Assembly (NCBI RefSeq): GCF_009914755.1
Contig: NC_060934.1
DNA: 64,000 nt
DNA from: the human T2T-CHM13v2.0 reference genome, Homo sapiens
Reading direction: 5' to 3' (one strand)
Below, one piece after another: positions 37,831 to 52,940 of this stretch (within the stretch, counting starts at the first letter, position 1; each line of letters opens with the position of its first letter). The translations under genes were made by a program, and so were the position numbers. A model generated the notes under the pieces. The model made no database searches. It saw nothing but the letters and a program-made list of their open reading frames with translations, and was not told where the DNA came from.

Positions 37831-38640
37831 TGTGTGCTAATCATGCTTTTGAGTCTAGGTATGACCCTCACCTTGACAGATAAATATGCAACTAAATGCA
37901 GGCAGTTCACCTGTTAGTTGTTTTTAATATCCAAAGAAGGCATGCTTGTGCTCAGAAAGGACAATTTACAGTTGCTTATATTTAATTAATTCAGTGTATG
38001 TATTAATGATTTTGAAACCATGTATCTATATCTAGATTTTTTCTTAAGCTTTTAAGTTCTGCTCACTCATCATTTTATTCAATTTATGAATCCAACAGTT
38101 TTTTGTATAAGAATAGAAAAAAATCTTAGTCAGTTTTTCTTTATTCATTTAACTCATAAACATAACTTTACATTGCCCTAAACAAACATAACTAAATTCT
38201 CTTAAACACTTGAACTTATATAAAAATTTAGTACATCTCAGTCTTTTGAATGCTCCAAATGATGGACAGGGCAGGCTTACAAGGACTGATAAGTGCCTTC
38301 TAAACTTTCTAATAATTTACCACATCTTCTTATGCACTTAAACTTACTAGTGCATAAGAAGATCTAATAATTCAAAATTATTAATGTAGTAAATCAAGTT
38401 GTTTTACATTTGAATGCAGTTTGCAATCAAAATATGTTCTGCTTTTCAAATTAAAGTCATAAGTGTAATATCAAATAAGTATTTAAATTTAAGTCACAAG
38501 ACTAATTGTCAGATGCTTTACTATGTCACTAATATGATCTTTACTGTGTCTCACATATTAACAGTTTTAGATATTTAAGAATAAACACACTGATTCTTCC
38601 AAGATTACATATCTTATTCATAAATTTAACAAAAAAAAAG

Positions 38641-39103
38641 CATTAGTTTGCTAGGGCTGCCATAACAAACTACCACATACTTTGTAGCTTAAACCACAGA
38701 AATTTATTGTTGACAGCACAGGAGGCTCAAAGTCTGAGATTAGGATGTGGACAGGGTTTGTTTCTCCTGAGGGTTGTGAGGCAGAATCTGTTCTATGCTC
38801 CGCTCCGAGTTTCTAGTGGTTCCCCAGTAATGATTGGTATTCTTGTACGGCAGGTCCATCACCCCATCTCCACCTAAATTTGTCTTCACCTGGTGTTCTC
38901 CTTGTGTGTGTCTGTCTTTTCACATGGTGTTCTTTTAAACAGACACCAGTATAGTAGATTAGGAATCCACTGTACTCCAGTATGACCTTATCTTAACTAT
39001 TTACATTTGCAATGAGCCTATTTCCAAATAAGACCACGTTCTGAGTACTGGGACTTAGGACTTCAACATATGAATCTGAGGGGGACACAATTCAACCCAC
39101 AAC
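38641..39103. mobile_element. MLT1 (MLT1C-like) solo LTR
   Basis: ATTAGTTTGCTAGGGCTGCCATAACAAACTACCAC...GGGGACACAATTCAACCCACAACA. Confidence 0.85.
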
Positions 39104-39255
39104 AGATGCTACAGATTTCATTTACTTCAATACCTCTATTCTTATTTTTATATTTTCCTGGGATTATGAGCTGAGACTAAAAGTTCAGGACTATTCTTTG
39201 GGGACAAAGCATTTTGAGACTTTCTCCAAAATCTAGATCCTGCATTTTTCTGGGA

Positions 39256-39478
39256 CAAGGTTTCTCAACCTCAGTACTATTTACATTTGGAGTGAGATAA
39301 TTCTTGTGGGGTTTCTCCTGTGTGATGTAGGATGTTTAGCAGCACCCTTGATCCCTACTCCATAGATGCCAGTAGCACTCCAACCCCATTTGTAACAACC
39401 AAAAATGTCTCCAGACATTGCCAAATGTCCTGTGAGGGCAGAGTTGTTACTCCTTTCCCCACAATTGAGAACCACTAT
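39256..39478. mobile_element. MER20 (hAT) element
   Basis: CAAGGTTTCTCAACC...TTGAGAACCACTA termini; internal AAAATGTCTCCAGACATTGCCAAATGTCC. Confidence 0.85.
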
Positions 39479-39869
39479 TTTAAGGTCATTTAATCCAAGC
39501 CATAGATCTGGGTCTGTTCTCATCAGATCCAGTTGGGGAACCCCAAGATGTACCTTTCAGCTGATATTTAGTTGTGATACTTGGTGTATCATACATTCCC
39601 CTGGGCATATTTCAGGTGTTACTCCTACTCAATTTTCATTATAACCTCTCTGAAGAATTTTTCTGCAGGTTTGGGTAGGTAGGATTTGGAGATGCAACTC
39701 TGTATACAGCCAAGCCTCTTCATTATTTTGCTGGATTCAACCAATCCCTTAAACTTTATGATGGAATTCTGCATCATTTTATATACTTCCAAGTTCATAG
39801 ACCAGTTTTATACTCATTATATTGGTAACATCCTTATCGAGGGTAAAAAAACACATTTAAAAAAACTGT

Positions 39870-40732
39870 TATTTAAGTTCAGGGTACATGTGCAGGTTTA
39901 TTAATATAGGGAAACGTGTGTCACGGGGGTTTGTTGTACAGATTATTTCATCACCCAGGTATTAAGCCTGGTACCCATTAGTTATTTTTCTTGATCCTCT
40001 CCCTCCTCCTACCCTGTGCCACACCTCCTACTGTCCAACCTCTAATAGGCCCCAGTGTGTGTTGTTCTCCTCTATGTGTCCCTGTGTTCTCATCATTCAG
40101 CTCCCACTTATAAGTGAGAATATGCAGTATTTGGTTTTCTGTTCCTGCGCTATTTTGCTAAGGATAATGGCCTCCAGTCCATCCATGTCCCTGCAAAGGA
40201 CATGATCTCATTCTTTTCTGTGGCTACATAGTATTCCATGGTGTATATGTCCCACATTTTCTTTACCCAATGTATCATTGATGGGCATTTAGGTTGATTC
40301 CATGTCTTTGCTATTGTGAATAGTGCTGCAATGAACATATGCATACATGTATCTTTATAATAGAAAAATTTATATTCTTTTGGGTATATACCCAGTAATG
40401 GAATTGCTGGGTCAGATAGTATTTCTGTCTTTAGGTCTTTGAGGAATTGCCGCACTGTCTTCAACAATGGTTGAACTAATTCAGACTCCCACCAACAGTG
40501 TAGGAGCGTTCCTTTTTCTCCACAACCTCACCAGCATCTGTTATTTTTTGACTTTTTAATAATAACCATTCTTACTGGTGTGAGATGGTATCTGATTGTG
40601 GTTTTGATTTGCATTTCTCTAATGATCAGTGACATTGAGCTTTTTTCATGTGATTGTTGGCTGTATGTATGTCTTCTTTTGAGAAGTGTCTGTTTATATC
40701 CTTTGCCCACTTTTTAATAGGGTTTTTTTTTT
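39870..40732 (-). mobile_element. 5'-truncated older L1PA (about L1PA10-13) 3' end
   Basis: Minus ORFs 40150-40467 and 40528-40710 match the ORF2 C-terminus; L1 3'UTR follows. Confidence 0.9.
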
Positions 40733-41166
40733 CCTAAGGCCTATAGTTTCCTCAAGAAAAATACAGCACAATGTCAGATGCTGTATGAATTTTTCCACCT
40801 GAAAGCCATGAAAGCCCATGCTGGTTCCTTCATTGCAAGTTATACATATTACGAATGCTAATTCCTTATCAGAGTTTCCTTAGAAAAATGATCTACATCT
40901 AATATATCAGCATATGTATTGTTACACTTCTGAAATACACCCTACATCCATTTACTTCTTTCCATCTCTACCATTTACTGTTATATCCAAGCCACTGTTA
41001 TCTCTCACCTAGACCATTGCAGTAGCTCCTGAGTTTTTCCATCTTGCCCCAGTCCACTCAGTTTCACAGGATAACTAGACTCATCCATTTAAAACACAAA
41101 AATAATGTTGCTTCCCACTCTGAAATCTCTGGTAGTTTTCTCTGGCAATTAGCACATAAATCAAAG

Positions 41167-41468
41167 CTTTTTTTTTTTTTTAATTGTGTCCCAGTCTCAC
41201 TCTGTCACCCAGGTTGGAGTACAGTGGCACGATCTCGGCTCACTGAAGCCTCCGCCTCCTGGGTTCAAGTGATTCTCCTGCCCCAGCCTCCCGAGTAGCT
41301 GGGATTACAGGTGCACACCACCACGCCCCGCTAATTTTTGTATTTTTAGTAGAGATGGAGTTTCACTGTGTTGGCCAGGCTGGTCTCAAGCTCCTGACCT
41401 CAAGTGATCTGCCCGCCTCGGCCTCCCAAAGTGCTGGGATTACAGGTGTGAGCCACAGTGCCCAGCTC
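41167..41468 (-). mobile_element. AluSx inserted in an L2 fragment (about 40930-41980)
   Basis: Antisense Alu dimer with L2-like flanks. Confidence 0.9.
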
Positions 41469-42393
41469 CAAGCTCTTTCTGTTGGCCCAGGGAGCCTGGG
41501 TGGTCTTGCCTAGGCTCACCTCTCTGAGTTCTTACTGCACTGTTCCTCCTCATCCTCACCCTCTTCCAGCCCTCGTATGTCTTCCTTCTTTCCTCTAGGA
41601 AGGTTTTTGCCTTTGCTGTCCTCTGCCTAGAATAGTTCATGTCTGGTGCCTTCCTGTCATTCAGGCCTCAACTTCCTGATGGCCTCCTTCAAGGGCAGCC
41701 TTCCCTGACCTCCTAACTGAAAAAGCCTGCCCATCCTTTCCCAGGAACTCTCCTCTTTATTAAGTTAGCACTTTTTGGCTCTATTTTCTTCGTAGCCCTT
41801 GTAATTTTTTTTCTGAACATATCATGTTATTTATTTGCTTATTTTCCTACTGTCTGCCTCCCCACGGCCTGAACACCCCAAGGAAACCAGGATCTTTAGC
41901 CTATCTGCTACTGAATTACCTGTGACTAGAACAGTGCCTGGCATAAAATATGTTTTTATTAGATCAATGAATAGATATCCCACATATATATTCATTCAAC
42001 AAATATATTTGTTGTTTATGTATTTATTACATATATATGTATATTATGTATGAGTAAATGCATGCCTTGAAGATGTTTTTTCATATCCAGCTTTTATCTG
42101 GACTTGGAATATGGGAGTGAATGGAATAATCACCTTTGTTAAGTGTAGGAGCTGGGCTGGAATAGATGCAGCAACTTGTAAAAACAGTAAAGAATGTTGC
42201 CTCTTTCCTGTACTTCACTGCACCATGAACATAGTTGAAGAGCTAGAATTACCATAGACTCCTTGATAAATGCCTCCAGTGTCTCCAAAAAGAATCATAT
42301 ATGTGTGTTATGTGTTTCTGAATGTAATTTGATGTACCTTAATTAGGAATGTATGTTAAAGAAGTAATAACTACTATAAACTCTATACTGTCA

Positions 42394-42718
<325 letters not shown>

Positions 42719-43213
42719 CTTACGCTTACATTTAAACGACACATATCCTTTGATTTTGGTCCTGGGATCTTTTGATTTTTCTTTCTTAGTCCTCCTTTAT
42801 TCATACATATAGCCTCACTTTTAAGATGGCCTCAAGGAAAATCCATATGGTAACAACCACACTAAGTTCTGAAATTAAATTCTGCATGGATAGATTTATC
42901 TATGGCCTAATGAATGAGGCATTTCTACTTCCTCTGAGAACAGCTTCTCATTTTTATTTTTTATTCATATTTGCATTTATAAAATATTTTTAAGCACTTA
43001 AAATTTATTTTAAGTAACAGGCACTATGCTAACCTCTGAGGTTAAAATAATGAATGAGGCTGAGCCTACTTGGATCTCAGTGTGGCGTCATCATAGTCTG
43101 TGGATAGATATGAAAGGGCCTGAGGGTTCTCTTCCAGTCTGTCCCCAGCCATAGTCACTGGTTGGCTGTACTCAAGGAAAGAATGATGCCAATGTTTCTG
43201 TGGTGTGTTTCAG

Positions 43214-43340
43214 CAACTTGGTAGTATATACAGCATACTCGCTGCAATCTTGAATGTTGGCAACATTGAATTTTCTTCTGTGGCAACTGAACACCAGATT
43301 GACAAGAGCCACATTTCTAATCATACAGCCCTGGAGAACT
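43214..43340 (+). CDS. MYO3A: MYO3A coding exon (probable exon 18, 127 nt, phase 0->1)
   Basis: Acceptor tgtgtttcAG|CAA and donor ACT|GTAAGT. Translates [42 protein letters not shown](C) with the myosin ILAAILxxGNIEF motif. Overlaps track ORF 43205-43390. Confidence 0.96.
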
Positions 43341-44019
43341 GTAAGTTTTATTACCTTCTATTCAAAACTGAAATCTTTCAAATCTTATGACATACCATAA
43401 GTATCACATAAGGACCATTTCAAGCAATTGTGCTAACCTAGAATCCTTAAAAGAATACTCAGATTTAATGTGTGTAAAATTAAAATTTTAAAGTCCACTA
43501 CTTAAAACATCTTCATGCTTACAAATTAACTGATTACTGTAGAACACATTTCTGAAGACTAGGCTTTTACAACTATTTTGGGAGCTATTTACATTTCGAT
43601 ATAAAAGCACAGATAGTATAGTTAAAATTCAGTAAACTGATCTGAAAAAGAATTATGTTATTGTCTTATAGATTTAGCATCTATACCATTTTACAAGTAA
43701 TAAAGACCTGTATGTTTCCATACTAGATGGATTCTACAGCCATTCATCCTGGGTTGATTAATTTTGCGATCATTTCTACACAAGAGAAGCATGTCATAGT
43801 ATTTGCTTCAAATCAAGTTTTTCTTAATAGTAGAGTTTGATAAATTATTTCCAGTAATTTAAGGTTTTCCATTAATATCTTCAACAGCACAGCTTTTTTC
43901 TATTTAGTGTTGCCTAGTATGCCCTGTTATTTTATTTTTAATATTGGCACATGCTTTCATAATTGCATATTTGCTGTTTCATTAATAATAACAAATGGAG
44001 AATCACTCCTCGTCCAAAA

Positions 44020-44305
44020 GCTCACACCTCTAATCCCAGTACTTTGGGAGCCCGAAGCTGGTGGATCACCTGAGGTCAGGAGTTTGAGACCAGCTTGGCC
44101 AACATGGTGAAACCCTGTCTCTACTAAAAATACAAAACTTAGCCAAGCATGGTGGTACACGCCTGTAGTCTCAGCTACTCGAGGAGGCTGAGGCAGGAGA
44201 ATCGCTTGAACCCAGGAGGCAGAGGTTGCAGTGAGCCGAGATCGTGCCACTGCACTCCAGCCTGGACGACGGAGCAAGACTCTGTCTCAAAACACACACA
44301 CACAC
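44020..44305 (+). mobile_element. AluS lacking its first about 14 nt, with (CA)n tail
   Basis: TSD aaatggagaatca on both sides. Confidence 0.9.
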
Positions 44306-45419
44306 AAAATGGAGAATCATGATACAAATTTTTATTTATATACTTTTTCCTGATTTATGCTTAGGAACAGAGTGAGATGGTGTAGTTTTAGGGGGCTAAG
44401 TGCCAGATTATCCTGGTCTGGACCTGTCCCCAGCATCCCTATAAATGCTATCCCACTGTGTCTCTGGAGCCAATGTGATAATACAGTAGCACAAGTGTAT
44501 GGAATTGGCATGTAGTGACCGGCATGTGCCTGGAAACCTCAAGGAAACATGTTCTAATTTTCCATATTTAAAAATTTTTAATTGGCATGTATGATATTAA
44601 CTTATCAGAAGTAGAAAGAATAACCCTACAACTCCATTGATAAGATGTAAATCTCACATCTGATCATATTCAGAAGAGCTAGCAGCAGCCAATGGAATGA
44701 GTTGCAATAGAGATAGGTTGTAGATAAGAGTATACCTAGAAACAACCATACTAAAAAATGATTTTGATGATTGAGAACCTATTTCTGCATAACAGAAGAC
44801 AGTCATATAAGTTACAAAATGTTGATATTAATATGAATATCATTAAAATTAACATACTTTCTGGAATAACCACTCATGGAAAGTAGAAACTTTATTAATT
44901 TACATTAAAATGATTTCTAATTGAAAGTTATAAGGAATTATGTCCAAACCAAGGCTGCATTTCCATATGGTTTTACAAGAGCCTTGTTTCAATTAAGCAC
45001 CAGTTCTGACCATTTTGTCCCATAAATATCTCTCAAATCTGACCACTTCTCTTTATCATCATTGTCACCATTCTCATCAAAAACAACATCACCTCTCACC
45101 TGAACTAAGTGACCTCCCAGTTGTTCATTTCACATCAAGAATTGATTTTTTCCAGGTCATTCTCCACAATTCTTTCAGAAACCACATAACCCATCTATCA
45201 GTGGGCTCTCTCAGTCTCCCCCTTTCCCTCTCCATCACCTCCCTCTCCCCCTCCTTCTCCTTCTCCTCCTTCTCCTTTTCTCTTCCTGCTTAAATTTCTT
45301 ACTGGTTTCCCATTCTTGCTGGATAAAGATAATCAAGACTAGTGCTTTGTTTTAGAAAGTATTGTGCTTAGCAATTTATCCCCAGGTAAAATGCCTAGCA
45401 TGTAGTAGACAATAAATGT

Positions 45420-46180
45420 ATGTCAAATAAATAAACAATGTAGGAACAGAAATAGACATACAGATCAGTGGGAGACACTGTTCAGAAACAGATCCAAAGT
45501 ATATTACCAAAAATGGCATCACAGATCACTAGGGAATCGGTATTGTAGGGAACTAGCTAACCATTTTGGGGAGGAGGAATTTGAATCATTCTTATATACT
45601 GTATATCAGAATGAATTCCAAACACACATAAATTTAAATGCAAAAAAATCATAAGAGAGACTGGAATTGATTTATATAATATTGAGGGGAGAAAGGACTT
45701 GAAGTTTATGTGTAGAAAATCAAAAGCACAAATTATTTTCTTTAAAAAGTGGATATTTGACTACATAAAAATTAAAACTTTTATACTAAAAAAAGAAAAC
45801 ATAAATAAAATTGCAGTACAAATGAAACTGAGGGAAAATATTTGCAACATATATATCAAAGCATTTCTTTAAGCTATGAAGAGGCTCATATAAATTGATC
45901 AGGAAAAGATGAACATATCAATGAAAATATTGCAATTTTCAAACTAAGCAACAGAAGTTACCAATAAAAATATGGAAGAAAAAAGTATTCAGCTTCACTA
46001 GGAATCAATTACAAATAAATAGAAAACATTTTCTCCTATCAAATTGGCTATTTTAGAAAAATGATAGTCCGTGATGTCCATGAAATTGAATTGAAGTTAT
46101 TGGTGTTTTATTTGGCTGAGAGGAGTGTAATTGGTTCAGAGATTTTGAAGAGCAGTTAAATAGTATATATCAAAAAACTT
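45420..46180 (+). mobile_element. Decayed L1M ORF2 3' fragment
   Basis: A-rich L1-like sequence (AATAGACATACAGATCAGTGG..., ACTACATAAAAATTAAAACTTTT). Confidence 0.6.
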
Positions 46181-46182
46181 TC

Positions 46183-46741
<559 letters not shown>

Positions 46742-47843
46742 CTTTTACATATTTACGTATTTTGAAAAATTGCTGAATTTAGGCAACCTATGCTAAGAAA
46801 ATAGTACAAAATATAAACACAGATTTATGCTTAAAATATTTATCCTGGCATTTTTTAAAATTATTGATATATTATCATATTTGTCAAAATATTATGCAGC
46901 AAATTAAAGCATATTTACAGACAATATTGAACAAAATGGGAAATGCATAAGATGTTATATGAGATAAAATGTTTATGCAGACTAATGGTAGTAAATATGC
47001 CTAGAAGGAAAGAAATGCAGAATGTTAACTTAGAAGGTAAAATTTCTGCAATGAGCCTATCGTACTTCCACGATATGAAAAAATATAGGGTTTAACAATC
47101 TTAGCCATATAACCAAGAAACATCTTGTCACAAGTGCTAAAAGTAAATTTAAAATGTTCAAAATATTTTAAAAGGAGAACAACAGATTTGAAAAATTAGC
47201 CAATCTGTCATGTAATAGTTTTGGTTAAAGATGTTTATTATATTCAAAAATGAGTTTTGTTCACGGAATTAAAGTGTTACTAATTTTAAATTCCCCATGA
47301 AATGTAATCAACATTAAATGCCAAATAAATGTTTGTTCAAACATCCAGTTTTAACAAAATTTAGTAATTGAAGTATGAAACTAAAAAGTAGGATGATATG
47401 TACATGAATGTCAAGTATAAGTACATGAATGTCAAGATAAGTTTGTGCTCTTTCTGTTGTGTATTGCAGAAGGTACTTGAAATACATTTATTGAGGTATA
47501 CCCCTGAAGTCTAAGTAACCTGTTCCAGTTAATTTCTACATTTTGAAAATATGTATATAATAATGGTATCCAAATTATGCCAAATCTATTCATTATGTTT
47601 TAAAATTATTTAGCATAATTTAGTGAAACTATATTTGACATCACATAAACAACCACTCGCTTATGCAGCTGTATTACTCTGCCAGCCAGTGTGATTTGGG
47701 TTATGTTATAATATGCAGTAACCTAAGTTTAACCAGCTGAGAAAAGTTGAGAAAAATGATCAAGAAGAGACATAGGACTCATGTTGGATAGTATCATATT
47801 TTTACATTACATAATCTCCACACATTTAATTCATGTCATTTGA

Positions 47844-48140
<297 letters not shown>

Positions 48141-50900
48141 TAAAAATTTTTACAGAAACATTTTTTTCCCAAATGTCAGGTGATGTAAGTCTACTTTCTA
48201 ATTGATTGTTTTGTATAGATCTCTTTCAAGATGTTTCTATAATTGATGTAATTAAATTATTAAAATGATAATTTAGTAGATAAGCTTCACTTCCTAATAG
48301 TTCCACCTCATAATGCCACTTAACTATAAAATTTTTAAGTTGCTGCAACATAAAACCTGTAGCAACATAAATAACACAATAGAAAGTGAATTCTTAAAAT
48401 GTGATATCTTACTATGAACTAATAGGTTTTTTTAATTAGAAGTTGTACCATGAAGCATATACCATTTTATGCTTGTATAAAATGTCAGCTCAGCAGTCCT
48501 TTGTTTTTATTTTGAAGGTTTAAATTAAACTTTGAAGATAAAGGAAAACTTTATTTTCATATTTTAACTCTCACTGTAATGCCATTACAGCCTCACTGTA
48601 ACTCCAATGAAATTTGGTTCAGAAATGCACTAGATAAATGTAGGTAATAGTAAATGGCAGGGCCATGATGTAAGCATTGTTATCTGACTGTAAGTCTAGA
48701 TCCTTCCTTCTTAAAGATAATTACAGCCACGACTGACTGAGTGCTCTCTATAGGCAGGGCTTATACATGGACACAAGTCCTTCCATCTAAAGCTTTGTTC
48801 TGTGATAAATGGCATAATCTTTAGAATTTTGCATGTGGAAAAGCAAGATGGATGCCTACCATAAGATCACCTCATTCACACTTGCTTACTAAGCATAAAA
48901 GACCATTTATACACATTTCAAGTATGCAATTCATTATTATTTTTTTCACTAAAATACATACCACACCATTATACTATGTATAGTCAAACTGTCTAAGACC
49001 TTATCCATTATTTCTCCATGTTCTTAACTTTGTGTCTCTCAAAATTGCTTGTGTACCTCCTGGGTACTATCTATACCATTTTCCCATTACAATGTAATGG
49101 TCAAAATGGTTGTATGTTCTGGTACGGTCATCTATATTATGTCAAGCATTCATATGAAAATGGAAAATATTCAGGGATTTTTATTATCTGTATATTCCAG
49201 AAAATGTAGGCAAGATGGCAAGATATTTAGAGATTTGGCCTCATTTTGTTAATTATCATCTGCATGTTTGGCACTAAATGATACCTACCCAGAAGGGGGA
49301 TCTACTATATCCACTGTAGCCTATGTACTAAATGTACATATACTAAATATACTAAATGGCAACTTTCCTTTCCATTCACTAATGAAAACCATCCAAATCT
49401 TAGATTTTAAAATTTTTTACAGAAAGTCTAAAAGCTAAAGGGAGACCAATTGAAATAATTTAGTTCAACTTTGTTAAGTTGTACACTAAGACTTTAAACG
49501 GTATATGTTGTATGCTGGGCTTTGCCACTATCTCGTTATGGGACACTGGGCAACTTACTGCATTTGTCTGGGTCTTTCCCTCCTCAACTGTTAAATAGGG
49601 GCATTGAATGACAAGTCAGTGGTCTTAGTTGTTGGGGTGTATCTTGGAGCCTTTTAAGAACGTCTTGAAAACTGCCTATTTCCTTCACTTAAAAATAAAA
49701 AATAGATATATTTCTATATGCCCACGAAAATATTGCACGCTTATGATTCCATTCCTCTTGAAAGCCATTAATAGATCTTACTTTAAGAATCTCTGAACTA
49801 GATTATTTGTAAGGTCCCTCCTGCTTCTAACACTTTTTTATGCAATGAGTTAAATATTTATCTCTGTGGGATCCTGTGGGGCAAAGAGATTGTAAAAGGA
49901 TAATAATCTTGACTAAACCAGCATAAGTTTTAACTAGACATCTTGCCTCATACAATAATACAGAATTATTATTCAAAATAAGAACTTTCAGAAATACTCA
50001 AATAGCTTTCCTTTTGTCCATCCCAGCACATATTTAAAGTATTCTACAGCCTGGATTTTGAATTCAGTTGCTTCCTCCAAATGTAGAGCGGATCCTTCAG
50101 GTCACAGTGTGCAGTTGCTGACTGTCATTTCCAAATCACTTCCTTACATAATACTAAGTGTAACCCTGGAACACCTAAATGATGAACACAAAGAGAAGCT
50201 TTTGTACTTTCTTTTTATAATTCACATCAAAATAACTCTACAATGTATATATTTCTTTGGGGAGGAGTAAACCTTTTGACCAATAGTAAAAAAAAAAAAA
50301 GTATTTGAAATACTTAATTGTAAAATAAAATTTAATTATATTTTAAAGTATTTAAATGTAAAAATAAATCCCTATGTATTTGTATTTCTCCAGTTTGCCA
50401 TTTGTTCTATATTAAAAAATTATAAGCAAATGATCCAAAAACAAATAACAATTCTTTAAAATAATTAAGATCTTTTTAGTAAGATTTTCAAAATTGTTCT
50501 CCTAAAATGAAAGACTATACTTTTTAACAGAATTTTTGCTTTCCTGGGAGAGTTTTTATTGAATATGTTTTTGCTGTGTTCTAATTGCTTCCCAAGTTGT
50601 TCTTGTAATTCCTGACTCACTCAAGCCTGTGACTTTGTTCTTAGGAGAAGAAAAAGTTTCTTTTGTTTCAGTGTATAAAAGTATCGGAGTGGTTTCTGTA
50701 GTTCAAGGAAAATATTGTTTCATTTTCATATAAAAATCAATATCTGCCGTTATCTTTATGTGCTACAGAGAGAAGCTATTTCAGTTAAGAAAGTTTCACT
50801 CTAAGTGTATGTTCTTATAGTAGTTTCTTAGCTCAGTCACAAATGGTAACTCTAAGATTCCCTGTTTTACATTACCTCTTCAGGAAATAACTCAAAATAA

Positions 50901-51113
<213 letters not shown>

Positions 51114-52640
51114 TAGGCAGACTTGTACAAAGGAAGCAGGACCTTAACCATAGATTTAATGCCTTAAACATTTTAGAAAGACAAAAGATTTTTATTATCT
51201 CCACGTCCATAGTAAAAACAAACAAAAACAAAAAAACTGGTGTGAATTTAGTGTGACTGATATGTGATGTTAAATGTCCTCCATTGAAAATCGGTACACT
51301 CTTCTCCAAAACTTAGAATTCTGAGCCTTTGTAAACGAAGATATTTCCTTTGAAAATTTAAGTAGACAGATGCGTCCAACAGTTTTTCTTTCTGTAGACT
51401 ACATAGCTGAAATTCCTTTTGAAATTTCAATATCCAGCTAAAAGCCATTAAACTTCAGAATTCCAGTAGCTAGGCAACAGAATATAAGATAATGGGTTTG
51501 ATGCAAATGCCATGAAATGATCATTTTGTCAGGGTACAATGTGTAATTTATGAATCAGCTTCAAAAAATATTCCTCCTTAGAGAAAAATCAGACTTAAAT
51601 CACATTTGATGTACTGTAATACTAAGAATACTTAAATTATTTTATTAAATCTAAAGGAGTCATATTTAATATCATCCAGTATGTCATTTTTCTCCTTCAA
51701 GTAATATTATATTGTTTTGCATTTAAATTAGAGGTACATGAACTTCATTTTATTCAAAATATTTAGGCTTCTTAAGAGTTTATTTTGGAATTACATTTTG
51801 AAAACAGTGGTCACAAAATAAAACATTTCGATTTTGACATTTCTTAAGCCAAAAGAAGACATAAATTTAAGACCTTATCTAGTTGTTCAGCTCTTTTTCA
51901 TCTATCCCAGGATGTTCCATCAAATATTCATTCCCTCTCCCTCTCTTCCTCTTCTTGTCTCCTCTGCTCCTCTCTGTCGGTGCCCTCCCATAGCCTAGAT
52001 ATGCGAAGAAATATCTTTAAAATCTTAAAAGCAAACAGAATAAAAAACAAAGCCCTTTTCCACTCTGCTTATCTCTGTAGCATGGTCCTCTCTTTTCCCC
52101 TCACAGCCAAGCTCCTTGAAAGCATGTTCAGCACTCACTGCATTGCGTTTCTTCCTTCCCCATCTGGTACTTTGAGGCGTATCTGGCTGTGACCTCCCCA
52201 ATTCCCCTGGAATGGCCCTTCCTCATCTCATCAGTCATTAGTTCATTTTTGTCTTTCTCACTAGGCATCTCCTTTAGATCATATATTGTGTCTTAATTCT
52301 TTTTGTCTTTTTAGAGGCTGACACGTAGCAAGTGTTCAATAAGTAATGTTGCCTTGCTTTAATGCTTCACAATACTCACAGCATCCATTTGAACCAGAGA
52401 CCAAAACAAGTAAAAAATTTTTGGTTTGAACTTTTTGATATGATCTATCAGAATTGCTAACTTTATGGGACCAGGTGTATCCCCATGCATTGCTCATGTG
52501 ATGAATTAGTGACTTGCATTGGTAGATCTCTGTTGTTCTTTTGGTGGTTGGGTAGACTCTGGTTTTAGCCTTAACCAAGGTACAGATATTTCAATAATTA
52601 TTGCTTTTCACTGTTTATAAAATGTTAGTTTACAAATTGC

Positions 52641-52940
52641 TTTTTTTTTTTTGAAACAGAGTCTCACTCTGTCACCCAGGCTGTAGTGCAGTGGGGTGGT
52701 GTTGGCTGACTGCAGCCTGCGCCTCCCAGGCTCAAGCAATCCTTCTGCCTCAGCCTCCCAAGTAGCTGGGACCACAGGCATGCACCACCACACCTGGCTA
52801 ATTTTTGCATTTTTTCATGGAAACGGGGTTTCACCATTTTGGCCAGGGTGGTCTTGAAATCCTGGGCTCAGGCTCAGCAATCTGCCTGTCTCGGCCTCCC
52901 AAAGTTCTGTGATTACAGGCATGAGCCACCAATCCTGGCC
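52641..52940 (-). mobile_element. AluJ/S
   Basis: Antisense dimer; TSD tacaa(a/g)ttgcttt. Confidence 0.9.

Noticed and set aside
50866-50883. Alternative acceptor 37 nt upstream of exon 20
   Set aside because: Out of frame, with no evidence of use; probably a decoy.
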